From: the human T2T-CHM13v2.0 reference genome, Homo sapiens
DNA: 64,000 nucleotides
NCBI RefSeq assembly: GCF_009914755.1
Contig: NC_060926.1
Reading direction: 5' to 3' (one strand)
Made by a program: the position numbers and the translations under genes. Positions 1 to 14,812 of this stretch are shown piece by piece. How positions within the stretch are numbered: position 1 is the first letter of the stretch; the number at the start of each line of letters is the position of its first letter. The notes under the pieces were generated by a model that was given only the letters and a program-made list of their open reading frames with translations, ran no database searches and was not told the DNA's origin.

Positions 1-284
1 GCAAGAAAGAGGAGCTGGTCAACAGGAAGGAGGTGGTCTTATAGGCAATCATGAAGGGTGAGCGGTCTGACATCCCATTGTCCAGATGCAGTGATTGGTA
101 AGTTTCAGTTTCTTGATAGTATTTGGGAAGGCTGATGGTTGGTTTCCTGAGAGAGGAAAGCTCAAATAAGACAAATGTACCTTTCTCAAGTTTTAAGACT
201 GGGAAGGTCAGTTTCTATGTTTATTCAAAAAAAACCATAAATATCAGTTGACATCAGTTCTATGGGACAATTGGGCCAGTTTCG
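1..284 (-). mobile_element. ERV1-class LTR fragment, MER39-like (runs off window start)
   Basis: Minus strand begins GAAACTGGCCCAATTGTCCCATAGAACTGATG...GAATAAACATAGAAACTGACC, matching my recollection of the MER39/MER34-group LTR 5' end; subfamily uncertain. Confidence 0.55.
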
Positions 285-339
285 GTATTTTCGTATATAT
301 ATATGTGTGTATCATTCACACACACAAACACACGTACAC

Positions 340-668
340 AGGGTTGACCCTTTGTATCTGCAGATTCCGCATCCATAGATTTAGCCAACTGCAAATCAAA
401 AATATTTTTAAAAAACAATAAAAAATAATACATATTAAAAAACCAATACAGTGTAACAACTGTTTACATAGCATTTACATTATATTATTAGATATCATAA
501 GTAATCTAGAGATGCTTAAAGTATCAGAGGATGTGCAAAGTATCAAAGGATATGCATAGATTATATGCAAATACTCTGTCATTTTACAACAGGGACTTGA
601 ACATCTGTAGATTTTGTTACCCATGGGGGTTCCTGGAACCAATCCCCCACGAATAGTGAGGGAGGGCT
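340..668 (-). mobile_element. MER2 (TcMar-Tigger) DNA transposon
   Basis: Minus strand reads GTGGGGGATTGGTTCCAGGAACCCCCATGG...TGTTCAAGTCCCTGTTGTAAAATG...CATCTCTAGATTACTTATG, the diagnostic MER2 body; the same element recurs at 25823-26120 on +. Confidence 0.8.
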
Positions 669-2084
669 ATCTATATTTTTTGATATATGTAACAGATATA
701 TATTTTTTTCTGATACATATATATTTCTGATATATATTTTCTGGTATATATATTTTATATGTGTGTGGATACACACATCGAATTCACTTTCTCTTTTCAT
801 TGCTTGGAAAAGAAAAGAAAGTGAATTTTGATAGCAGTTGATTAAATAAATTTTAAAGGCAAAAATTTAGGATTTGAGCTTTACATTTTTACAATGGAAA
901 TTGTAAATTGGAAATGTTAACACATTAACACAATGTAAGAAATTAAACTAAATTAAATTTCTACAGGGAGAAATGATCTAGGAAAAGCCAACTTTCCCTA
1001 GAGCACATTTGGAATTTTAAGTTCTTGGGACTTTCAGTCCTCGACACCCTGAGGCTGCAGCAGAGCACGGCCAAGACGCTGTGCAGAGCTCAGGTTGCTG
1101 GGGAAGGCCTGGCCCCTTCTGACCACATTCCCCATCCTTTTTCTTTCAAGAAGCTTATCTGTCCTGCGTCCTAAGTCTTAGGGACTTGCTGACGACAACA
1201 TGATAAGCTCAGCGTGCAGTTGACATTTCATCACATTTCGTCCAACCCACACCTGGACACACACTAGGTAGTGTGTGGGAATTAGTGAGAAAAACAAAAG
1301 GTGAGTGAAAAGCCAAAGCTCAAAATTTGGAGAACAGGGCTGAGAAAAGCAAGGGTCTCTCACCCATGTTCTCCAGGCCTGCACCCCATGTTCAGCTGTG
1401 TCCAGCTGTGTCCAGCTGTTCTGCTCTCTGGTTCAGCGTTCAGTGAGCCCCCAGGACTCCCGCTTTCTCTCTCAGTGCAGCAATAAAACCAAGAGTGCAA
1501 ATGGCCTGACACGAGGTCCCCTTATGATGTTTTCCCAGAGCTAAGCTCTAATAGGTGTGAGTGGCTGCCACCCAAATTGCAAATACTTTTTGGGAAGTCT
1601 GCACCTCAGATATTTTGGCTGAAGAAACGCATTGATTCCTGGACCCAGTCCCTTTCGGCATGCTGATTTGGGTTGACCTGAGGGTGGATGGGATTATCTA
1701 ACATGGGCCATATGTTTATTCTTTAGTGTAACCTTTTGGGGTCACAAAAATAATCCTTTGTATCTAGGAGGCATCGTTCCCTCGCTACTCTTGCAGAGCT
1801 TCCCCCTTAATCCCTCAGTAATCCCCAAGAGGCAGTTAGCTCACCCACTGTCCTCATTTCCACCCCAAAAATAGGAATTTTACTTCTCTCTAAGGATGGC
1901 GTTTCTATTTCCAGCCCCTGGGACACGCACAGCCAACAGATGGCCCTGCCAGGTACATGATGTGTACAGGAGGCTTCCTACTCACCTCTGCCCCGGGGGT
2001 GAACCGACCGCTTCTCTCAAATACAAACACCATGTGGCAAGGATCACTAAAGTGTCAGCCTTGACTTTGTCAAAATAAAAGTGT

Positions 2085-2380
2085 CTTTTATTTTATTTTT
2101 TTGAGACAGAGTCTCGCTCTGTCGCCCAGGCTGGGGTGCAGTGGCAGGATCTCGGCCCCCTGCAACCTTCACCTCCTTGGTTCAAATGATTCTCCAGCCT
2201 CAGCCTCCTGAGTAGCTGGGATTACAGGTGTGTGCCACCACGCCCGGCTAATATTTGTATTTTTTTGTAGAGACGGGGTTTCACCGTGTTGGCCAGGCTG
2301 GTCTTGAACTCCTGACCTCAGGTGATCCACCCACCTCGGCCTCCCAAAGTGCTGGGATTACATCGTGAGCCACCGCACCC
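2085..2380 (-). mobile_element. AluS
   Basis: T-rich tail followed by the reverse-complement Alu dimer (gagacagagtctcgctctgtcgccc...ctcccaaagtgctggg). Confidence 0.9.
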
Positions 2381-2540
2381 AACATAAGAATGGTTTTTAA
2401 CTTTTAAAGGGTTGTAGGAAATAACAAAGATTATGTGATAGAGTCAGTATGTGGACAGCAAACTGCACTATTTAGTCTTTGATCTTTTACAGCAAAAGTT
2501 CAAATTTTATGTTGTTACTAATTGCAGACAACCCGAATAA

Positions 2541-2952
<412 letters not shown>

Positions 2953-3122
2953 TTGTCTTCAGTGTTGAAGGACTCAGCTCCTTACATGGGCTTTGGTGGG
3001 GGTTGTGGGGCAGCACTCCTCGAAGGTCTAAATCGGGGTGGGTGTGTTTGGTCCTTGTGGGCTTTACAAGGTGGATTCCTGACGACTTTTCTGTGAATTG
3101 CACATCTCACACAGTAATTTAG

Positions 3123-3525
<403 letters not shown>

Positions 3526-4499
3526 TCGAATGATGAATTTCTTAATGGCCTTGTCCTTGGGCACACGTCGGGCACAGTTTGTGCAACGAATAGGCTGCAT
3601 GTGGCTGTGCCCCTTTTAGGCACGATTGTTGTTCCTTCTTTTCTTTGTCATCTTGGAGGCACGGACTGGAGGGAGGAGTGCAGCCATTATTGATCATATT
3701 TTTGAATAATATTTAGTGAACTAGAAGTTGCTTATTTGTAATGTCAAGTAGGATACAAAACTTTAACACAGTATGATTATAATTTTGTAAAAATGTATAA
3801 AGTGTGTATGTATGTATGAAAAAACCCAAAAATTCTCTAATGTATTAATAGTAGATAGTTTGAGATGGTGGCATGATTTTTATTTATAAAGTATTTCTTA
3901 TGATTATAAAATCATTTAAAAATTTTTCAATATTTTAGCTGAGTGGGAAACATTTCCTGTCAAATAAGGATATGGAGACCAGTCCATGGTACTTTAGATT
4001 AAAAGCTGAACTCACTGGGAAAAACCTTATTTTGCATGTGTAACTAGTAAAGCAGAAACAACAGTGTACTGTTCGGCACTGTCTGAATAGTAATTATAGA
4101 GTACAGCTTTCATACAGAAGAACAGAACCAATAAGGAAGTCAAACTTGGCAGAATAGTTGAGTGCAATTTATAAATAAGTCAGTTGAAGAAATCATCGAC
4201 CTTTTACCTGTGGCTGATTCGTGTAATGGTGAGAGTCAGCACAAATGTTAACATTTAGCAACAGCATGTATGTGAAGCTAAAACTTGTAATGCTCTCATC
4301 TTTAATGTATTTTAAGGAAGTTGATGCCTAAAGTAAATTTATTAAAAATTCAGAGTTAATTATTTAAGATAGTAATAGATTTTGTGCTCTCTTTGGCTGG
4401 GTTGTTCTTTATCTTTAACAATTTTAAGAGCTCCGTTCATAAATATCAGTCTTGTAAAGCCCATTGTTCTATACCTGATTTTTCTATTTTATTTTTAAG

Positions 4500-4645
4500 G
4501 TCTTTTTGGTTCATCACGGGTACAATATGTTGTAGATCATGCAATGAAAATTGTTTTCCTCAATACTGACCCCTCTATTGTAACGACTTATGATGCTGTT
4601 CAAAATGTGCATTCTGTGTGGACTCTCCGGAGAGTCAAATCAGAG
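4500..4645 (+). pseudogene. ANAPC1P: ANAPC1-derived exon A
   Basis: tttttaag|GT CTT TTT GGT...AAA TCA GAG|gtaagg; LFGSSRVQYVVDHAMKIVFLNTDPSIVTTYDAVQNVHSVWTLRRVKSE. Confidence 0.92.
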
Positions 4646-4688
4646 GTAAGGAGAAAGGCAAGTCACTTCTCCTTAATAGGAAAGGGTA

Positions 4689-5207
<519 letters not shown>

Positions 5208-5277
5208 TCACATTTTTTTTTTGGAAGAATCACTTGTGAATAGTTGTTTTATTATTATCATCATCATCATCATCTCT

Positions 5278-5558
5278 AGAGACAGGGCCTCACTCTGTCA
5301 CCCAGGCTGAAGTATAATGGCACAATTACAGTTCACTGCAGCCTTGAACTCCTGGGCTCAAGTGATCCTCCTGCCTCAGCCTTCCGAGTAGCTAGGACTA
5401 CAAGTGTGTACCACCACTCCCAGCTAATTTTTAATTTTTTGTAGAGATGGGATCTTGCTATGTTGCCCAGGCTGGTCTTGAATTCCTTGGCTCAAGCTAT
5501 CCTCTCTCTTCACCCTCCCAAAGTGCTGGGATTATAGATGTAAGCCATGGCACCTGGC
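5278..5558 (-). mobile_element. AluJ
   Basis: Diverged Alu with J-type features (ctcaagtgatcctcctgcc, gatcttgctatgttgccc). Confidence 0.85.
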
Positions 5559-5704
5559 CTCATTTGAGAAATAGATTGAGCTTCTTAGGAAAGAAGAAAT
5601 ACTGTGTCTTTAGTAACTGACTTCAACTTGCATTCTTACAAGGAAATTGCTATTTTATTCTAATTATTGTTTTTTTTTCCTCTTTCTTTTTATTTTGACT
5701 TAAG

Positions 5705-5925
5705 GAAGAGAATGTTGTTTTAAAGTTCTCTGAACAGGGGGGAACCCCACAGAATGTGGCCACTAGCAGCTCCCTCACAGCACATCTCAGAAGCCTCTCC
5801 AAAGGAGATTCCCCTGTGATTTCACCTTTCCGGAATTACTCCTCCATTCACAGCCAGAGTCGCTCAACCTCATCACCCAGTCTACATTCTCGCTCACCTT
5901 CTATTTCCAACATGGCAGCTCTAAG
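5705..5925 (+). pseudogene. ANAPC1P: ANAPC1-derived exon B
   Basis: ttaag|GAA GAG AAT...GCT CTA AG|gtaga; 73 codons + 2 nt, no stop. Confidence 0.92.
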
Positions 5926-6066
5926 GTAGAAGGGTTTCCTGGTTTTTCTTTCTAAGCTTTCTGTTTTGTTTTGAAGGATTTAGAATTGCTGTTGACAGCT
6001 GTTTTTAGGGGAAATATATTTAGGGGAGTTTTTTTTAGGGGAAATAGCCATTATCCCAATTGAGAC

Positions 6067-6369
6067 TTTTTTTTTTTTTTTTTTGAGACGGAGTCTTGCT
6101 GTGTCACCCAGGCTGGAGTGCAGTGGCACAATCTTGGCTCACTGCAAACTCCGCCTCCCGGGTTCACGCCATTCTCCTGCCTCAGCCTCCAGCTGGGACT
6201 ACAGGCGCCTGCCACCACGCCTGGCTAATTTTTTTTTTTTTTTGTATTTTTAGTAGAGATGGGGTTTCACCGTGTTAGCCAGGATGGTCTCCATCTCCTG
6301 ACCTTGTGATCCGCCCACCTCGGCCTCCCAAAGTGTGGGGATTACAGGCGTGAGCCACCGTGCTCAGCC
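6067..6369 (-). mobile_element. AluY
   Basis: Poly(T) plus AluY diagnostics (gggttcacgccattctcc, gtgttagccaggatgg). Confidence 0.9.
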
Positions 6370-6995
6370 CTGAGCCACTTTTACTAAGATTTCTAAGTTT
6401 ACCATGTCACATTCTTTCCTGAGTCATATTTTGAAGCTGCCTATGCTTGTCCTAAGGTTAGTTGCCTCATTTCTACCACTATGTGGGCAACGGTTTGATG
6501 AATATTAATTCCCAAAATATTGTGGCACTATTTTATTTTTGCCTTAATTTATGTTAGTTTTTCTTTTTTTTCTTGTTATTTGATATCTAAATGTATCTAT
6601 TTCTCTATATAGATATATACTTAAATCACCAGATATGTATATCTGGTGCTGCAGGGACATTGTTTTGTTGATATATATATATGTCTGACTATACAGGGAC
6701 ATAGTTTAGAGCTTTTTGAATAATCAGTTCATTTTCCGAAAAAGAAGATGATCTAAGTTTTAGTTGTAAAAGATGAGTTCTTCTAACAATAATTCTAAAT
6801 CTTTAGAATATAGTAAAGCACATTGACATGAAGCATTTAAATAGCTACTCCTTTTTGAAAAATTTTAATTTCTGACCTGGATTATGCCATGAATGCTCTT
6901 CTGTCTGTGGAATTTTGGGAAGTGTCATTGGAGTGTGTGTCATATAAGCCTGCCCTGCTAACTGCGATGTACTCTCTCCTCTGTTTATTTTGCAG

Positions 6996-7205
6996 TCGTG
7001 CTCATTCTCCTGCGTTAGGAGTGCACTCTTTTTCAGGGGTGCAAAGGTTCAACATTTCAAGCCATAATCAGTCTCCAAAGAGACATAGTATTTCTCATTC
7101 TCCAAATAGTAATTCTAATGGCTCCTTTCTTGCACCAGAAACGGAGCCAATTGTTCCTGAACTGTGTATTGACCATTTGTGGACAGAAATGATTACTAAT
7201 ATAAG
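6996..7205 (+). pseudogene. ANAPC1P: ANAPC1-derived exon C (APC1 300s loop / autoinhibitory segment region)
   Basis: ttttgcag|T CGT GCT CAT...AAT ATA AG|gtttg; lies within ORF-track entry 6889..7248. Confidence 0.92.
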
Positions 7206-7390
7206 GTTTGTTATATATATTATTATATTCAAAGAAAAATGTTGCTGAAAGTCTTGGGAAATATATGGCATTTTGTTTAAAGTTTCCTTTTAATGTGATC
7301 AGTTATTAATATATGTAAAAATATATAGAGATATGTATTAAGGCCACCTCAGTTTCAGTAGAGGATATTAATGAGATTAAAGTGATCATA

Positions 7391-7679
<289 letters not shown>

Positions 7680-8220
7680 GTCGTCATAAAAATATTATTT
7701 TGTCATCTGATATTTCTTCCTTTATAGTAATAATCTCTCATTTTTCGGGTGTTTTTTGTTCTGGGGAGAAACAGTTAATTTCCATCCGTGAGGAAATGTG
7801 GGGTTTTAGCACGTTTCCTAAGTTTTATGTTCATGTTAGTTGAGTGCCAGCTTTACTTTTTGGGAAACATAGCTTAGATCTCTGTTCTGGGTGACCTTTC
7901 TTCTTTTATATTCTCTTTAATAATTCACGTGTTAATTTATATGCCAATGTGTGTGCTAGTTAACAGTCTAATAAGTCACTGTCCCTGTCCTCAAAAGAGG
8001 CAGATAGCTGAAGGATGGTGACACAGGAGGGACTACTTTTGCTGGTAGGGCTTTGAAAGACGAATAGGTATTCGCTAGGCAGGGAAGTTGAGAAAGACCA
8101 CAGACGGCAGCTGGGATCAGAACAAAAGTTCTGGTGAGTGCGTGGTGTATTTAGGGAATTATAAGTACTCCCACTCTGGTTTTTGCAGAGGGGAGGGAAA
8201 AGGCTAATGAAGAGGAGGCT

Positions 8221-8518
<298 letters not shown>

Positions 8519-9281
8519 GGAGGCTTGAGCGATTACTGATTGCCCTTTAGGCCTCTGGTCTGTTTGATGACAGCGGTAAGAAGGCACTTTATAAGTGTGT
8601 CGGAAGTTTGGGAAAGAGCAGAACAATAAATGTGGAATTGTCAGCTTATAAGTGGTGATTGAGGTAAGAGAATTAGATTAGAATTGAAGAAATATTGTAT
8701 TCAATAATTGTGTGTACATGTAGCATATAAGCCTTTTCCCAAGGAGAGGGTTTTAACATTCCTTAGATTCTCAAAGGGATTTGTGGCCTCCAAATAGTTA
8801 AAATCCAGTGGTGTAGAATGAGAAGAGGGCTAGGAACTGAAGTCCTGGAAACTTAAGATTTGGGGAATGGAAAGAGACAAAGCTGGCGCAGAGAGACAAA
8901 GCAAAAGAGGTCAGATGGGAGAAGCAGCAGGAAATACAGAATACAAAAAAGAACATTTCAAGAATACAGAGATGCCAGTATTGCCAGGTACTGGTGAAGT
9001 GTGGCCCTGAGAGTTGAACCCAGAGAGGAGGTACCTGGGTGGCAGTGGGTTCCTTGGTGACCTTGGCCAGAGCATTTTAAGCTGGGAGGGTGGCGGGGGA
9101 AAGTGGGATAGAAAAAGTAAATGGGGACTGAGGAAGTGAACATAGGCATACAGACTCTTTAAGGAGTTTGCCTTTGAATAGGAATGAAGATACAAAATTA
9201 GAGGGAGTCTTGGTCAAGGAGAGTTTTGTTTTTGCTGGACTATAATAAAATTAGTTTTCATGACATCTTGCCCCAGTATTT

Positions 9282-9575
9282 TCTTTTTCTTTTTTTTTTG
9301 AGACAGGGTCTCACTCTGTCACCCAGGTTGGAGTACAGTGAGTGACTCAATCACAGCTCACTGCAGCCTTGGCCTTCTGGGCTCAGGTGATTCCCCAACC
9401 TCAGCCTCCCAGGTAGCTGGGACTATAGGCACACACCGCCACGCCTGACTAATTTTTGTAGAGAAAGGATTTTGCCGTGATGCCCAGGCTGGTCTCAAAC
9501 TCCTGGGCTCACGCAACCTGCTTGCCTCTGCCTCCCAAAGTAATGGGATTACAGGTGTGAGCCACTGTGCCTGGC
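9282..9575 (-). mobile_element. AluJ
   Basis: TSD ccca(g/a)tattttctt. Confidence 0.85.
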
Positions 9576-10046
9576 CCCCAATATTTTCTTACCTAACCAC
9601 AATACAAGTTTTATATCCAGTCAAATTGAGAAGGTCTTTTATATACTCTAATGTTGAGTCCATTTTATATTAAGACTTTTAATGTGAAATAGTAGGCTAT
9701 ACGGACTATACTCAAGGGAAAGTATTGAAAATACAGAAGAGAGGAAACGATTGATGGAACAAGTAACCAGAAAGGTGCACAAGTGGTGAGATTAGCCTTG
9801 GGATAAAGAAGTGAAGGTTGATCGGATATGTAAGGCAGGAGGTTGAGCTCAAGCCTTAGAGCCTCGTTTTATCTGAAATGGAAGGTAAATGCATAATCTT
9901 AGAGAGAATGAAATGGGGATAGGTAGTCTGAAGAAAGTAAAGATGTGGATACAATGTTGAAGTAGTCTCTCTGGCTTGTTTCTCATATATCAAATAAAAG
10001 TATCCTACAATTATAGATCATTTTTCTTTAAATAACTTATTTGTAA

Positions 10047-10416
<370 letters not shown>

Positions 10417-10825
10417 TTCTGTAGCACTTTAGAAGGAAGGGTTTGGGAATTAGAGATACGATTTCAAAAAGAGATGTGAATGAGGCCTAATCTGAGAAGG
10501 AGAGGGGGTAGAGAGGAGAAATAGCATTATGAAAGATCTGGCCCTTTGCGGGATAGGAATTCAAGTTTGCATGCATCACTTTACAAGTAGGTGGCTTAGT
10601 TTGCATTACAAGTAGGGAGCTTACATAGTATGTAATTTAAAAGTTCATCAGTAATTGTTAAATTTATTGTAGCTTTCCCCAACAAAGCTGTGTAATGAGC
10701 TCATAATCAAAGAACTGAAAGGATCTTAGAGATCATGAAGTTTAATTCTTAGAAATGTTTGTGTCTTTGAGATTATTGCTTGACCTAAGTAGCTTTTAGA
10801 TTTCTTGCAGAATATTTTCAAAGAC

Positions 10826-11136
10826 TTTTTTTTTTCTCTGTCTCTCTCTTTTTGAGACGGAGTCTGGCTCTGTCGCCCAGGCTGGAGTGCACTGGCGCGA
10901 TCTTGGCTTACTGCAAGCCCCTCCTCCTGGGTTCATGCCATTCTCCCGCCTCAGCCTCCAGAGTAGCTGTGACCACAGGCGCCCGCCATCATGCCTGGCT
11001 AATTTATTTTGTATTTTTAGTAGAGACGGGATTTCACCGTGTTAGCCAGGATAGTCTGGATCTCCTGACCTCGTGATCTGCCCGCCTCGGCCTCCCAAAG
11101 TGTTGGGATTACAGGTGTGAGCCACCGCGCCCGGCC
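10826..11136 (-). mobile_element. AluY
   Basis: TSD tcaaagactttt; AluY diagnostics. Confidence 0.9.
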
Positions 11137-11213
11137 TCAAAGACTTTTAATGGTTACTGTGGTAGATTCTTGGACCAGTGCTGACAGTTACTTTATTAAT
11201 GTATCTATTATAG

Positions 11214-11309
11214 AGAGAAAAATTCACAAGCCTCAAAAGTGTTTATTACATCTGACCTATGTGGGCAAAAGTTCCTGTGCTTTTTAGTAGAGTCCCAGCT
11301 CCACTTACG
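11214..11309 (+). pseudogene. ANAPC1P: ANAPC1-derived exon D
   Basis: attatag|A GAG AAA AAT TCA...CAC TTA CG|gtagg. Confidence 0.9.
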
Positions 11310-11399
11310 GTAGGTGGATGTATTTCCCATTGTTTCTGTATAAATAACTCAGCACTGCTTTTTCTTTTTCTTTTCTTTCCTTTTTTTTGGCTTAAGTAG

Positions 11400-12715
11400 T
11401 TTTATTTAGAAATAATTTACATGTCATAAAATTAACATGTTTTAACTGTACAATTAAATGATTTTTAGTAAATTACAGTGTTCTACAACCATCACCATGA
11501 CCCAATTTTACAAGATTTATATCACCATAAAAAGATTTCCTTGTGCTTGTTGGTAGTCAGTCTTGTTCCCATTTCCAGCCTCAGGCAACCATGCTAGGCT
11601 TCTGCCTTTATAGATTAGTTTTTCTGGACATTTATATATATATAATGTATGTACACACAGTGTAGCTTTTTGTGTTTAGCTTTCACTTAGCGTGATGTTT
11701 TTAGGATCCACCATTTTGTAACATGTATCATTATTTCATACCTATTGCTATGTAATAGTCCATTGTATAGATCTACCACCATGTTTTGTTTATCTGTTCA
11801 TCAGCTGACGGACTTTTGATTTATTTCCACCTCTTGACTGCTGAGAATTAGGACAGTATGAACATTTGAACAAAGGTCTTGAGCAAAAATGTGGACATAT
11901 GTGATTTTATTTTTCTTGAGTAAATGCCTAGGATTGGGTCGTTGGGTTGAATGGTAAATTCATGTTTAACTTTTTAAGAAATCACCAAACTGTTTTCCAA
12001 ATAGCCTGTATCATTTTATATTCCCACCAGCAAAATATGAAGGTTAATGTCTCTTTATCCTTGACAGGATTGGATATCATCACACTCTTTCATTGTAGCT
12101 ATTTTCCAGTGGTTGTGAAGTGGCTTTAATTTGCTTTTCTCTAATGCATTCTGATGTTGATCATCTCATGAAGTTATTAGCCATTCATTTATCTTCTTAG
12201 GTAAAATATCTATTCAGATCTTTTGCCCGTTTATTTACCTTCATATTTTGAAATACGATAGATCACAGGAAGTTACAAAATAGTAAACAAGTCCTGTGTA
12301 CCTTGCGTTCTTTTTCCCTCACAGGTAACCTCTTATATAACTATAATACATTATCATAACCAGGAAATAGATGATCTACACACGTTATTTCAAATTTCAT
12401 CAATTTGACATGTACTCATTTATGTGTATGTATGGTTCTATGCAGTTTTTTCACATATGTAGATGTGTGTAAATACCACCACAATCAAGATACAAAACAT
12501 CTTTATCTGTCTTACGTTAACTCCTTATAGTCACATACACCGTTACCCACTGATCCTGGTAACCACTAATTCTCCATCTTGATAATTTGGCATTTGTGAA
12601 GGTTTTATAAATGGGCTCATACAGTATGTAAACTTTTGAGATTGTCTTTTTCTGTTCAGCATAATACTTTTAATACAACCATACAGGTTATTGCATGTAT
12701 CAAGTTTCTTTTTTA
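11400..12715 (-). mobile_element. Old L1M 3'-end fragments
   Basis: Typical antisense L1M 3'UTR/ORF2-end motifs (ttttagtaaattacag, aaactgttttccaaatagcctgtatcattttatattcccaccagc); boundaries approximate. Confidence 0.7.
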
Positions 12716-12728
12716 TTTTATTATTTAG

Positions 12729-12819
12729 CTGTGTAAAGTTTCAAGAGAGTAATGATAAAACCCAGCTCATCTTTGATTCAGTGACCAACATACCAGCAAA
12801 GGATGCAGCACCAGTGGAG
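12729..12819 (+). pseudogene. ANAPC1P: ANAPC1-derived exon E
   Basis: atttag|C TGT GTA AAG...CCA GTG GAG|gtaat. Confidence 0.9.
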
Positions 12820-12942
12820 GTAATGTAGGCACATTTGAGAAGTTGACAATTACGCTTCATCAGATTTTTCAGTCAAAAAAATCTGTTAATTTGCTCAGAT
12901 TGGGAAATAAATTTTTTGTCTTTTTTTTTTTTTTTTTTTAAG

Positions 12943-13008
12943 AAAATAGACACCATGCTGGTCTTGGAAGGCAGTGGAAACCTGGTGCTATACACAGGAG
13001 TGGTTCGG
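12943..13008 (+). pseudogene. ANAPC1P: ANAPC1-derived exon F (last retained)
   Basis: (t)n aag|AAA ATA GAC...GTG GTT CGG|gtaagc. Confidence 0.9.
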
Positions 13009-13376
13009 GTAAGCAATAAGTAGCACTTCATGCCTTTAGTAGGACTTCAGGCTGCCTGCATGAATATTCGTAATGTTACTTTAGATTGATATTTTAAATT
13101 TGTTATGTTCCTGTCTGCACAATTTGGCAGAAGAATTTTGTTAATAATTCTCAGTGAAGCTTCCCATTTAGGTGGGTCCTAATTTGGAGGGCTATGGCTC
13201 ACTGCTATTAAATGCATTGGTACTCTAAACCTGTCACAGATGGGAAACCTTCAATGAGTATAGGTAGATTTTTTTTAAAGTTAAACTAGTTTTGAAATTG
13301 AAGCATGGGTCCCTTTGGTAAGTACTAAAGTTTTGGTAAAGTTTCACTATATTAAATGTGGTATATGTTAGCTGTA

Positions 13377-13654
13377 TTTTTTTTTTTTGAGATGGAGTCT
13401 CGCTCTGTTGCCCAGGGTGATGTCGGCTCACTGCAAGCTCCGCCTCCCGGGTTCACACTATTTTCCTGCCTCAGCCTCCCGGGTAGCTGGGACTACAGGC
13501 GCCCGCCACAAAGCCTGGCTAATTTTTTGTATTTTTAGTAGAGATGGGGTTTCACCATGCTGGCCAGGCTGGTCTCGACCTCCTGACCTCATGATCCACC
13601 CGCCTTGGCCTCCCAAAATGCTGGGATTACGGGCATTAGCCACCGCGCCCGGCC
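13377..13654 (-). mobile_element. Alu, apparently chimeric AluY/AluS, no TSD
   Basis: Right arm is Y-type, left arm is S-type (caccatgctggccaggctgg); small internal deletion; flanks do not match each other. Confidence 0.8.
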
Positions 13655-13790
13655 TATTTGAACGTTCTTATGCCTGTTACAAGTGCAGCAGCGGAATCTC
13701 CACACATCTTGCGTGCGAAAGTTTCCTGTAGTTCCTTTAGCATGGAGAGGCTGGGGAAGGTTACAGACTGATTTGTACTCTTTAGACATA

Positions 13791-14812
13791 TAGTTGATCA
13801 TTGAACAACACACGTCTGAACTGTTACACACAGATTTTTTTTCAATAAATGTGTTAGAAAATGTTTTGGAGTTTTGCAACAATTTGAAAAAACTCAAAGA
13901 CAAACCATGCAGCTAGAAATATCAACAAAAATAGAAAAAGTTAAGTATGTCATGAATGCATAAAATGTATGTAGATACCTAGTCTATTTTATTATTTACT
14001 GCCATAAAATATAACAAAACTATTGCAAAAGTTAAAATTTAGTAAAGCTTATGTACACACTCACAGATCGTATATGGTGCTATTCTCAGTTGAGAGAAGT
14101 GTATACAAACATCAAGATGCAGTATTAAATTGTAACTGCATAAATTTAACCGTAGTGCATACCACAGTACGGTAATAATTTCATAGCCTCCTCCTGTTGC
14201 TGTTGCAATGAGCTTAGGTGTTGCAAGTATCCACTTAAAACGTTCTGTGATACTCAACATTCCATCATGAGCAGGTCATCCCCAGTGAATTGCGCATCAC
14301 AGTAAAAAGTGCCCTCTCCCTGTTCACATGTATTTTTCGTCCTGTTTCGTGCTGTACTGTAAACCTTGAATAACACCATGGGATCCACATGAAGTGGCAC
14401 TAGTGATGCTGGAAGTGCTCCCAAGAAGCAGAGAAAAGTCATGACATTTGACATTACAAGAAAAACTTGATTTGCTTGATATGTAACAGAGACTGAGGTC
14501 TGTAGCTGGGGTTGCTTCCATTTCAGACAGATGATTCATCTTGTAAACAGGCGGTGTAAACTTACTGTATGGATAAATACATAACAGTACCATAGATGTA
14601 TTTTCTCTTTAGAAACGTTTCCTTTTCTCTAGCTTACTTTATTGTAAGAATACAGTATATAATACATATAACATACAAAATACATGTTATTAACTGTTGC
14701 TGGTCAACAGCAGGCTATCAGTAGTTAAGTTTGGGGGAATCAGAGTTATACCTGGATTTTCTACTGTGTATGGTCAGTGTGCCAAGCCCCCAAGTTGTTC
14801 AAGGGTCAACTG
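13791..14812 (+). mobile_element. Tigger2-family DNA transposon (Tigger2b-like, ~1 kb)
   Basis: Terminal inverted repeats tagttgatcattgaacaac / gttgttcaagggtcaactg flanked by TA dinucleotides. Confidence 0.8.

Noticed and set aside
6627-6648. Perfect 10-bp-arm inverted repeat caccagatat-gt-atatctggtg
   Set aside because: Short, AT-rich core in an intron; plausible by chance or slippage, with no supporting context.
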